From positions 9 through 64,008 of the forward strand of contig DAMDOU010000003.1 of NCBI GenBank assembly GCA_032083065.1: DNA of 64,000 nucleotides, in the 5' to 3' direction. Numbering within the stretch: the stretch's first letter is position 1; each line of letters opens with the position of its first letter. Positions 1 to 8,019 of this stretch are shown here, one piece after another. Both the position numbers and the translations under genes were made by a program. Below the pieces are notes generated by a model. That model did not search any database, was not told the DNA's origin, and saw nothing but the letters and a program-made list of their open reading frames with translations. The stretch is from Paenibacillus sp. GTDB lineage: Bacteria; Bacillota; Bacilli; Paenibacillales; Paenibacillaceae.

Positions 1-1043
1 TTTACTTCCCGCATGTTTTTCAACAGATCGGTCCAGGAAATACTTCGGATGCGGAATTCATGTCCAACACGTCGATCTATCCGACGGCGGCGGTAGCCAT
101 GTCCAAAGGGTACGGAAGCCGTGAGCTTCCAAGCTTGCCGCGCCTGCTGCAGCAACACGGATATGTGGCTAACACATTTCATATTAACAAGGTAACCTTT
201 TGGGATCGTAATAAGCTGTACCCGGCTTTGAATTTTGATAAATATTATGACAAGCCGTCCTTTAAGAATGATCACTTCAATGATTTCGGAGCATCGGATG
301 AGGAAATGTACCGGGTCGGGATCGAGGAATTAACGAAATTGGAGAGCGCGGGTCAGCCATTTTACGCCCAGTTTGTCACAACGTCCAGCCATTCCCCGTT
401 CGTAGTTCCTGAAGACAAGGTGCAAATTCAGCTCCCCGAGGACCTGAAAGGCACGAACTTGGGCAATTATATTACGGCTGTTAATTACACGGACTATGCC
501 ATCGGGAAGTTGATCGACCAATTGAAGGAAACCGGCATGTGGGATAATACGATGTTGGCGATTTACGGCGACCATTTCGGCATCCAGCCGAGCGAGACGG
601 GGGCGGACGAAATCCGGGAGAAGCTCGGAATTGCCTATGACGACCGGATCAGCCGGTTCAATATTCCGTTTATGCTGCATATTCCGGGCCAAGAGCTGGG
701 ACTCGTCCCAAAGGTCACCGGTGGCCAGGTCGACATGATGCCGACGATCGCTAACCTGCTTGGAGTGTCTTTAAAGGAGGATAAGTTCACCGCGTTCGGA
801 CAGGACTTACTGAATATCGACCGGAATGTGGTCGGGATGCGGTATTACTTGCCGACAGGCTCTTTCTTCAACAATGAGGTCATGTTCGTACCTGGTCAGG
901 GATTCGACGACGGCACGGCGATCTCGCTGGAAACCTTGGAACCGGTAACTGATATTTCCGGTTACCGCAGCGATTATGAATACGTGACACAACTGATGAA
1001 GCTTTCGGACGAGTACGTTAAACTGCTGCCGAAGCGGCATTAG
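1..1043 (+). CDS. LTA synthase / phosphoglycerol-transferase family protein (sulfatase-type extracellular domain); 5' end lies outside the window
   Basis: Frame 3 is open from nt 3. The translation YFPHVFQQIGPGNTSDAEFMSNTS... carries the LtaS-family GNTSDAEF motif and TTSSHSPF. The ORF-track entry 60..1043 is only the part after an internal Met. A strong terminator follows. Confidence 0.85.
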   Translation, partial: YFPHVFQQIGPGNTSDAEFMSNTSIYPTAAVAMSKGYGSRELPSLPRLLQQHGYVANTFHINKVTFWDRNKLYPALNFDKYYDKPSFKNDHFNDFGASDEEMYRVGIEELTKLESAGQPFYAQFVTTSSHSPFVVPEDKVQIQLPEDLKGTNLGNYITAVNYTDYAIGKLIDQLKETGMWDNTMLAIYGDHFGIQPSETGADEIREKLGIAYDDRISRFNIPFMLHIPGQELGLVPKVTGGQVDMMPTIANLLGVSLKEDKFTAFGQDLLNIDRNVVGMRYYLPTGSFFNNEVMFVPGQGFDDGTAISLETLEPVTDISGYRSDYEYVTQLMKLSDEYVKLLPKRH

Positions 1044-1095
1044 GACAATTGATGCTTATGCTATGCTTAATCGGCTCAGGCCGCAAAAATTAAAA

Positions 1096-1139
1096 GGGCA
1101 GCTCCCTCATCTACGGATGAATGGGGAGCTGCCCTTTTT
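1096..1139 (+). terminator. Rho-independent terminator after the LtaS-family gene
   Basis: GGGCAGCTCCC, a ~17-nt loop, GGGAGCTGCCC, then TTTTT. Confidence 0.8.
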
Positions 1140-1383
1140 ATTAAAGAAAAGATCTATATAAGCTGAACAAAAGAAAGAGATGTAGACAAGGGAGTAAAAT
1201 GATTCCGAAGAAGCTCAAAGCTTTCTGGAAGAAAGCTGCATCGGAAGCATATGCTTGCGGTCGCCTTTGGTTCCGGATTTCTACCTCTTAAGAATTTGCA
1301 AAATCAAGAAATCTGGAACCAACAGTGATCGTAGGAACATTTTACGTACTTGTACAATCATCCATTTCAACAGTTCAGCTTAT

Positions 1384-1800
1384 CTATCCTAAAATGCGAT
1401 ATGACTGATGGACACTCTTATTTATGATCTCGGGAGCTTCCTCCATTTGCAGCCTGTAAGCAGTTTCGCTCAACTGGCCTGCTGCGAAGCGCTGGGTCAA
1501 CTGTTGTTGGAATTGCTCCGTCTGCAGTTGGATGACAGAGTCTACTTCTTTATCATTGGTTTTCGCAATGTCTGCCAACGACTGTCCTTCCAGCAAGGAG
1601 TCATACAATACACGGTCGTCAGATACGCCGAGGGAATCGATGAATCGGTCCTTTCCGGTTTCCTTCGATTTGTCCAGATGAGACAGCATCACCGGAAAAG
1701 CGGCGGCATAGGCTTTGCTAGAAGTATGGCCGGAAATGCCGGGAATGACGGTAATTACGCAAGCCATGGTGCCTACGATGACGATCTTTTTTATATTCAT
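1384..1800 (-). CDS. Small secreted hypothetical protein (138 aa)
   Basis: N-terminal signal peptide (MNIKKIVIVGTMACVITVIPGISG...AYAAA). AAGAGG RBS about 10 nt upstream of the ATG. The overlapping plus-strand ORF 1408..1836 has no such signals. Confidence 0.6.
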   Translation of the reverse strand: MNIKKIVIVGTMACVITVIPGISGHTSSKAYAAAFPVMLSHLDKSKETGKDRFIDSLGVSDDRVLYDSLLEGQSLADIAKTNDKEVDSVIQLQTEQFQQQLTQRFAAGQLSETAYRLQMEEAPEIINKSVHQSYRILG

Positions 1801-2017
1801 ATAGAAGAAACCTCTTTCATTGTCGGATTTATGTAGCTATCCTTCTACAAGTAGTACGGCTAGGCAGCCTAGTTAGTTTCAGTTTTCAGGATTCTAAATT
1901 TTGGACGATGGGTAATTTTTGTTAGGATGCTAAATTGCAGAAACTTTTATCTGGCCCGATGCGTCATATAGTCAGGAAGAAGATTATGCTGTGTTTAAAT
2001 TGAGGGAGGATGAAACT

Positions 2018-5000
2018 GTGAGGAAAATATGGACTACGCTTTTAGCGGCGATTCTGTTCGTGCCTATGCTGATGCAAAATACAGCGCAAGCCGCTACGCC
2101 TATCAGCGTGTATATTGATGGAAACAAACTGGCCACGGATCAGGCGCCGGTGTCTGTCCAAGGACGCGTGCTTTTGCCGCTCCGCGCGATCTTCGAGGCG
2201 TTGGACGCCACGGTGAATTGGAACCAGTGGACGCAAACCGTAACAGCGACCAAGAACAATACAACCGTTGTTTTAAAACTTAAATCCAAAACGGCAACGA
2301 TCAATAACGAGACCGTTTCGCTCGATGTGCCAGCCCAGGCGATTAAAGGCAGAACGATGGTACCGGTTCGCTTTGTGAGCGAGGCGCTCGGTGAAGCCGT
2401 CAACTGGAATTCCAAGTCGAAAATGGTAACAATCGTTACCGGTAGTTCTTCAGAACAGCCGGGGACATTGTATCCGGTATCTTATGTCACTTTGCGTGAT
2501 GTTGGTAACGCGGGAGACGGACGGGATCTGCAGGTTAGCTTCTCGCGCTCTTCCAACGAATCGGTGGTGGACCATTACCGAATTATGATCGTGAAGGCGG
2601 CCAATGCCTCCAACTTTAATCTGGCATCCGCTTTGAAAGTAACGTCGGCCAATTATTCGACGGTACAGCCCAACGGTTCCGATCCGTCCATCACGTTATC
2701 CTCGGGTGCGAGGGATGTCGATGGGGCACTCATTCAGTCCAACCAATCCTATGTTGGTTATGTTTTGGCTGTAGGAAGAAGCAATGCGGGCAACGCATTA
2801 TCCAATGCCTCTTCCAAAATCACCCTGGATACGGGAGTTTCCGTAGCCGCAGCTACGAATGTAAGAGCCAATGATATCAGCGACTACACAGACGGTCGCG
2901 ATTTGTCCGTGAGTTTCACTCGTGCCTCGTCGGAGAGTGATATTTCGGGATACCGTGTCTTCATCGTGAAGACCAAAGATGCGGGCAGCTTTAATCTGGC
3001 TGCGGCCAATGCCAATCAATATTACACGACTGTGAACAAGTCGACAGGAAGTAATACCACTTTGACAGGGACGCTGAGTTCTTCTTCGCGGGATACTTCC
3101 GGCGAACTGATCAAAAATAACGTTTCTTATACCGCGTTCGTCCTCTCCGTGAGCAATACGAGCGCGTCCAATAAGCTGTCTTCCGCTTCTTCTGCTATCA
3201 CGCTCGGCGTCGGAACTGTAGCGGCACCGATCATTACACAGGTTGAAGATAGAAGCGATAATGGGGATGGCCGGGATCTGCGGGTCAGCTTCACCAAAAT
3301 TTCGGATGAGTCCAAAATATCGGGCTACCGGATCTTTGTAGTTAAGGCCAATGACTATTCGAACTTTACACTGGCCAAGGCTAATGGCGTCTCCAGTTCG
3401 AATTACACCGAGTTCAACAAGACGGGATATAATCAAAACCAAACCTTGTCCTCAACAACGAGAGATGTCGACGGTGCTCTGATCCGTAACGGAGTCAGCT
3501 ACCGCGTGTTCGTTATGGCGGTCGGCAATGGCAGCAATACGGGGAATAATGCTTTGTCCTCTGCATCGTATGCCATAACCCTGTTGAACAATTACAGTGT
3601 GGGCTCCGTCTCGAATCTGAATGTTAGCGACGTAAATGATTACAACGACGGTCGTGACCTGCTGGTTTCTTTTAACCGGGCATCCGATGAGTCGAATATT
3701 AGTGCTTACCGCATTTTGGTGGTGAAGGCTTCTAAATCCGGAAGTTTTACGCTTGCGAAGGCTAATGATGTGGATAGCAGAAATTATACCCTGGTGAACA
3801 CAGGAAGTAATTTCAGCAAAGTCTTGTCCAGCAGCTCGCGTGATGTTGACGGAGACTTGATCCGCAACGGAGTTAGCTACCGCGTGTTCGTCCTGTCCGT
3901 TGGCAGAGGCAGCTATGCAGGGGACAATACGTTGTCCCAAGAATCATCACAGATTACACTGGGCAATAACTACGGCGTAGGGGCTGCTTCGACTCCTGTG
4001 CTGAATGATATCAGCGACTACGGCGATGGCCGTGATCTGCAAGTTACTTTTAACCGCGCTTCAGATGAATCCAATATCAATCATTACAAAGTTATCGTAG
4101 CAAAGGCAACGACCACACTTGACTTGGCCAAGGCGAATGCGAGTCCGTATTATACTACGGTATACAAAGCCGGAAATACACTGACTCAAACATTAGGCTC
4201 AAATGCCAGAGACGTTGACGGTGATTTGATTCAGAACGGGGTCAAGTACCGGGTATATGTTTTGTCTGCAGCCAATAACAATTATAGCGGTAATAATGCC
4301 CTATCTTCCGCTGCGGAGATTACGTTGGCAAACGGATCGGAAGTGAAGGAAGTTAGCAGATTGTCATTTGTTATTGATGGCAATACAGGAACAGCTAGTG
4401 ATATCAAAGTCAGCTTCAACAAACCGTCCAACGAGTCGAATATTTCGGAGTACCGTATTTTAGTGGTACCTGCATCGGATGCGAATAATTTCACACTGGC
4501 AGATGCCAATTCAGCCCGGGATTATACTAGGGTAGCTAGTGGAGGTGGGCACGCCAATAATGTTCCGCTAGACAATATGAAAGACTATTTCGGAAGAACG
4601 GTTACCCCCGACACTCCGTATAGACTGATCGTTTTGTCGGTAGCTCGATCCGGCCAAGGTGCAATGGCCACTTCTAGTCAATTTAAAATTAATCCGGCTC
4701 CCCAAGCGCCTGTAACCGCAGCAGCAGTAGCTAGTGCTATTGCAACGGCAGTAAATACCACTGAGATTCGCGTTAATTTTACTGAGCCGGCCGACAACGC
4801 TAATGTTGCTACTTCTTATGCGCTCATCGCAGTGAAGGAAGGGACGCCTATGGATTTGAATGCGGCAGTCAACGCTTATTCAAGCGGGAATCTCGTGAAG
4901 GTAGTAGGCAAGGGGCAGGGAGAGGGAACGATCTCCGTGGACACTTCAGGTAATCCGCTTAGCACATCGGATTCAGGATACGATATCTATATCCTGTCGA

Positions 5001-5089
5001 TTCCTACAGATGCCAGCAATCCAAGCCTTTACGGTTTGTCAGGAAAGTTTACTGTTGCTGCAAGCCCAGCTGTAACGGCAACTCCTTAA
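2018..5089 (+). CDS. Large secreted protein: copper-amine-oxidase-N ('stalk') domain followed by 7 tandem Fn3-like modules
   Basis: GTG at 2018 sits 7 nt after GGGAGGA. Signal peptide VRKIWTTLLAAILFVPMLMQNTAQA. CuAO-N-like segment (RVLLPLRAIFEALDATVNWN...GRTMVPVRFVSEALGEAVNWN). Then repeated modules with GDGRDLxVSFxRxSDESxISxYRIxVVKA ... RDVDGxLIxNGVSYRVFVLSVG. No LPXTG or SLH motif seen. Confidence 0.85.
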   Translation: MRKIWTTLLAAILFVPMLMQNTAQAATPISVYIDGNKLATDQAPVSVQGRVLLPLRAIFEALDATVNWNQWTQTVTATKNNTTVVLKLKSKTATINNETVSLDVPAQAIKGRTMVPVRFVSEALGEAVNWNSKSKMVTIVTGSSSEQPGTLYPVSYVTLRDVGNAGDGRDLQVSFSRSSNESVVDHYRIMIVKAANASNFNLASALKVTSANYSTVQPNGSDPSITLSSGARDVDGALIQSNQSYVGYVLAVGRSNAGNALSNASSKITLDTGVSVAAATNVRANDISDYTDGRDLSVSFTRASSESDISGYRVFIVKTKDAGSFNLAAANANQYYTTVNKSTGSNTTLTGTLSSSSRDTSGELIKNNVSYTAFVLSVSNTSASNKLSSASSAITLGVGTVAAPIITQVEDRSDNGDGRDLRVSFTKISDESKISGYRIFVVKANDYSNFTLAKANGVSSSNYTEFNKTGYNQNQTLSSTTRDVDGALIRNGVSYRVFVMAVGNGSNTGNNALSSASYAITLLNNYSVGSVSNLNVSDVNDYNDGRDLLVSFNRASDESNISAYRILVVKASKSGSFTLAKANDVDSRNYTLVNTGSNFSKVLSSSSRDVDGDLIRNGVSYRVFVLSVGRGSYAGDNTLSQESSQITLGNNYGVGAASTPVLNDISDYGDGRDLQVTFNRASDESNINHYKVIVAKATTTLDLAKANASPYYTTVYKAGNTLTQTLGSNARDVDGDLIQNGVKYRVYVLSAANNNYSGNNALSSAAEITLANGSEVKEVSRLSFVIDGNTGTASDIKVSFNKPSNESNISEYRILVVPASDANNFTLADANSARDYTRVASGGGHANNVPLDNMKDYFGRTVTPDTPYRLIVLSVARSGQGAMATSSQFKINPAPQAPVTAAAVASAIATAVNTTEIRVNFTEPADNANVATSYALIAVKEGTPMDLNAAVNAYSSGNLVKVVGKGQGEGTISVDTSGNPLSTSDSGYDIYILSIPTDASNPSLYGLSGKFTVAASPAVTATP
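2477..5056 (+). repeat. Seven in-frame tandem coding repeats of ~375-381 bp (~125 aa) inside the 2018..5089 gene
   Basis: The DGRDL motif recurs at aa 176, 301, 426, 553 and 679 (ORF-track numbering), a period of 125-127 aa. The last two modules are diverged (ASDIKVSFNKPSNESNISEYRILVV; TEIRVNFTEPADN). Confidence 0.8.
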
Positions 5090-5137
5090 TGATGTGATAA
5101 TAGCTTTGAGAGAACTTCAAGGTTCTCTATGATCTTC

Positions 5138-5173
5138 AAAACTGCCGATTCCCTAAGGAATCGGCAGTTTTTT
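5138..5173 (+). terminator. Rho-independent terminator of the repeat-protein gene
   Basis: CTGCCGATTCC-ctaa-GGAATCGGCAG followed by TTTTTT. Confidence 0.8.
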
Positions 5174-5250
5174 GCGTGAAAGCCAGCCCCATATACCGGA
5201 GGAGGTAGTCTGGCGCTCGAGAAGAAAGTTAGAATCACCATAGCGGCCAT

Positions 5251-5446
5251 AGCGGACTTTTAGGGTCTTATTTTCTCGAATTCAGACTTGAGCTGATAAA
5301 TAAGGCCTTTTTAGGGTCTTATTTATCTCCATTTCGCTGATAATTGGCCTTTTGTGGCTACATCCGCATAATAAGACCCCGAAAGTCCTCTATTTTCCTT
5401 ACATGCAAGATAATCACTCAAATAACGCCCAAAAAGTCCCTTATTT
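5251..5446. repeat. Intergenic cluster of ~27-nt quasi-palindromic units: two direct, two inverted, plus one degenerate
   Basis: Unit approx AAATAAGGGACTTTTTAGGGTCTTATTT. Copies at 5251-5274 (+), 5298-5324 (+), 5368-5396 (inverted) and 5420-5446 (inverted), with a degenerate copy at 5340-5365. Loop centres are spaced 51 / 72 / 51 bp. Confidence 0.6.
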
Positions 5447-5504
5447 CCACCCAACATGTCTATCTGGATGAGGGACAGTATGGGAACGATTCCACGCATT
5501 CATG

Positions 5505-5533
5505 AAAAAAACCGCGGAAACAGCTCCCGCGGC
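5505..5533 (-). terminator. Terminator of the yjfB-like gene (minus strand)
   Basis: The minus strand reads GCCGCGGGAgctgtTTCCGCGG followed by TTTTTTT. Confidence 0.6.
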
Positions 5534-5549
5534 AACAAAATACTTCTAT

Positions 5550-5729
5550 TTACACTCGTATATCTACATTTTTACCCAAGTTGGGATTGCCTGTGCTCTG
5601 CTCCAGCATTTGAACCAGATTCTGCCCCTGTACCTCCGCCTGATTTTTGGCCATGCTCAGTACCCGGATTCCCACGGCTTGAGAAAGAGCGGTCTGGCTC
5701 ATAACTGTAGCTGTTGCTGCAATATCCAT
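5550..5729 (-). CDS. YjfB-family putative motility protein (59 aa)
   Basis: MDIAATATVMSQTALSQA...LVQMLEQS...NPNLGKNVDIRV fits the YjfB pattern (MDIA..MSQ....ML....P.LG..ID). The ATG at 5729 is 5 nt after GGGAGG. The GTG at 5735 in the ORF track abuts the RBS. Confidence 0.7.
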   Translation of the reverse strand: MDIAATATVMSQTALSQAVGIRVLSMAKNQAEVQGQNLVQMLEQSTGNPNLGKNVDIRV

Positions 5730-5749
5730 AATCACACCTCCCTATATTA

Positions 5750-5777
5750 TTATCGGCAGGGCCTTCCGTTTTCTTTT
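5750..5777 (-). promoter_or_regulatory. Possible sigma-D-type promoter for the yjfB-like gene
   Basis: The minus strand reads GCCGATAA (7/8 to the SigD -10 GCCGATAT) at 5757-5750. Only a weak AAAA/AAAG -35 sits 15-16 nt upstream. B. subtilis yjfB belongs to the SigD regulon (recalled). Confidence 0.3.
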
Positions 5778-5888
5778 CCCGATTTGACAATCGTTTGAAA
5801 CCTTTTGTACGCTAACACTGGATAAACATTAGAAGCATGCGTGTTTTGTTTTCATAGAATACAGATAAACCGTAAGGGGGAGCATGTT

Positions 5889-6905
5889 GTGGAGAATTTA
5901 AGCAGCTTTGTTCTGCCGGACGGTACTTTAAACGGAAGCCATCTCTGGAAAAGAGAGCCGTTATATCAAGGGATGAACGGAAAAATCGTGGAACGTTTCT
6001 ATTCCTCTCCGGAACGGAGTTATATTTTTAAACCGCTGACGAACGCGGAGAGCATGGACAGGGAAGCCTGGATACACCGGCATGTGCTGAACTTATTTCC
6101 GTCTGTGTATCCCCAACTGTTGGCGTCCTCGGAAACAGGAGCGGGGGAGGCAGGCTGGTCGGTGTTTGAAGATCTCGGTCCGTTGCGGCATGAGTATAGC
6201 GTGGAACTAGCCATGGAGGTCGTGAAGCAGATGGCTTGGTGGCACGCCTTTCCGGAATCGCATTGGAACGGTCTGACCGGACAAGGGAACAAGCCTCCGA
6301 TAGAGACAATTTCGGCCGCCCTGATGGAACGAAGAGATGAAGTTAACGCGCTCCTGAAGGAGGCCGGATCAGCGGTGCAATTGAATGAACTCCTCCACGG
6401 CCTAGCGGAAGCGGAAGGGAATGCTTACCTCAAAACTAAGGTTTTGAGTCATGGCGACTTGCATCTCGGCAATTATGCTAGGGGAGCGAACGGAAGGCTA
6501 TACATTATCGACTGGGAGCATGTGCATTTGAACACCCCGTTTTGGGATTTGTACCATCTCCTCGATATGTCTCATCCGTTGTTTCCAAAGACCTTACCCG
6601 CATCGGAGCGGGAGAAGCTCCTCGGCTACTACCTGAGGCAGTCTGCCTATCATGGGCGCAATTGGAACCGGGATGAGTTCATTCATGGCTATTGTTGTTT
6701 CTCTGCGGTGTTCTCCTTATGGATGTTGCTGCTCATTACCGGCGATCTCATAAGAGGGGATAGCGTCTGGCCCCAAGAACGGCTGTGGGCACAAAAGAGT
6801 GAAGCTATGGATAACCTGAGCGGCTGTTTAACAAGACTTTCTCTGGTGAATGATGACAGAGATATACCGCCTCAGCAGTCTCCGACCGCAAGTGGAGAAT
6901 TTTAA
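5889..6905 (+). CDS. Phosphotransferase-fold (APH / choline-kinase / CotS-like) kinase family protein
   Basis: HGDLHLGNY catalytic loop and IIDWEH metal-binding motif. GTG at 5889 is 6 nt after AAGGGGGAG; the ORF-track start 5841 has no RBS. Confidence 0.75.
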   Translation: MENLSSFVLPDGTLNGSHLWKREPLYQGMNGKIVERFYSSPERSYIFKPLTNAESMDREAWIHRHVLNLFPSVYPQLLASSETGAGEAGWSVFEDLGPLRHEYSVELAMEVVKQMAWWHAFPESHWNGLTGQGNKPPIETISAALMERRDEVNALLKEAGSAVQLNELLHGLAEAEGNAYLKTKVLSHGDLHLGNYARGANGRLYIIDWEHVHLNTPFWDLYHLLDMSHPLFPKTLPASEREKLLGYYLRQSAYHGRNWNRDEFIHGYCCFSAVFSLWMLLLITGDLIRGDSVWPQERLWAQKSEAMDNLSGCLTRLSLVNDDRDIPPQQSPTASGEF

Positions 6906-6925
6906 AGAAGAAGGGAGATCGGACA

Positions 6926-7924
6926 TTGAAGAAAGTCGGTTTAGTGATGCGAAAAATCCAGTTTGCCGAATCTCAAGGCCCTCGCGTTTTTGCCGAAAGG
7001 CTGCGGGATATCGCCAGGGAGCTTGGCGTGGAGATCGTCTTTATCTCTCCCGAGCGCCATGTCAGCGGACATGATTGGATCCCCGGCTATGAGCATGAAA
7101 AAGGGGACCTCGTCAACTATGATATTGTGCTGGACCAAATCTACCGCGAGGGAATTGAGCATGTCATCTACACGGTGTCCGGGTTTACTTTTCTCAAAAT
7201 GTTTCTTCCTAAGAGTGTGTTATTCCCGCACAGTTTTCCCGACCCGGCCTTGACCGGGTATGAAATGATGAAGCCGTTCTACAGTATCGTGGACAAGGCA
7301 ATTGTACAGACGGAATTTCTAAAGCGGCAGCTCGATACGGTGTTTGGCGTAAGGGAAGTTGACGTTATTCCGATCGGTTTCAGCGAGGAGCTGGCTAACC
7401 GGCATTTTGACCCTGATTCTGTGGTGGACAACCGTATCCTATGGATTGGCCGGGATGAGGAGAACCGGCGTCCGGATCTGGTGCTGGAATACGCCCGCCG
7501 GAATCCGGACAAAGAAGTATTCATGGTCTTCGGGGGCGTGCGTTATAAAGAGAGCATGAAAAAATATGATATCCCGTCCAATATTCATTTGCGGTTTGCC
7601 TTATCACAGGATGAAATATTTGCGTTGATGAATTCGGCGAAAGTGTATTGGAGTTGTTCCAAATTCGATACGTTCGCCATGCCGTTGACCGAAGCATTGG
7701 CCATGGGCAAAATCGTCGTCAAGCCGGAGCATCCCTGCTATGACCATATCAGCTCCCGTCATGCTTTTGCGGGAAATGAGAAGAATTGGTTTGAACTGGT
7801 GAACATGGCGTCGGCTTCTCCGCTCCGGGTCTCGATGGATAACCGGGATTACGCCTTCTCCAAATTCTCCAGTTCCGTGATGAAGCAGGGGTACCGGGAC
7901 TTTTTTGACAAGTGGCTGCGGTAA
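6926..7924 (+). CDS. GT-B fold (GT4-like) glycosyltransferase
   Basis: C-terminal half has ILWIGRDEENRRPDL...VFMVFGG...FAMPLTEALAMGKIVV, an E-x7-E-like GT4 region. TTG start 8 nt after GAAGGGAG. Starts 20 nt after the kinase-like gene. Confidence 0.7.
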   Translation: MKKVGLVMRKIQFAESQGPRVFAERLRDIARELGVEIVFISPERHVSGHDWIPGYEHEKGDLVNYDIVLDQIYREGIEHVIYTVSGFTFLKMFLPKSVLFPHSFPDPALTGYEMMKPFYSIVDKAIVQTEFLKRQLDTVFGVREVDVIPIGFSEELANRHFDPDSVVDNRILWIGRDEENRRPDLVLEYARRNPDKEVFMVFGGVRYKESMKKYDIPSNIHLRFALSQDEIFALMNSAKVYWSCSKFDTFAMPLTEALAMGKIVVKPEHPCYDHISSRHAFAGNEKNWFELVNMASASPLRVSMDNRDYAFSKFSSSVMKQGYRDFFDKWLR

Positions 7925-8019
7925 ATTCATTTTGATTAAGGTGCAGGGCAAGGAAATACGAGGATGCGTCTAACATAGGATATATTAAAGCGCTATCTTG
8001 GCGAAACGGGGGATTTACG

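Noticed and set aside
1199-1291. A 30-codon ORF (MIPKKLKAFWKKAASEAYACGRLWFRISTS) after the LtaS-family terminator.
   Set aside because: The RBS-to-ATG spacing is only 4 nt, there is no promoter evidence, and I cannot assess conservation.
1888-1936. The direct repeat AGGAT(T/G)CTAAATT at 1888-1900 and 1924-1936, upstream of the repeat-protein gene.
   Set aside because: There are only two 13-nt copies in an AT-rich promoter region, which could easily be chance. No associated regulator is evident.
5456-5798. Plus-strand ORFs of 82 and 98 aa, and a 72-aa minus-strand ORF, around the yjfB-like gene.
   Set aside because: They overlap the YjfB-like CDS, its terminator and the repeat island. None has an RBS, and their composition is odd.
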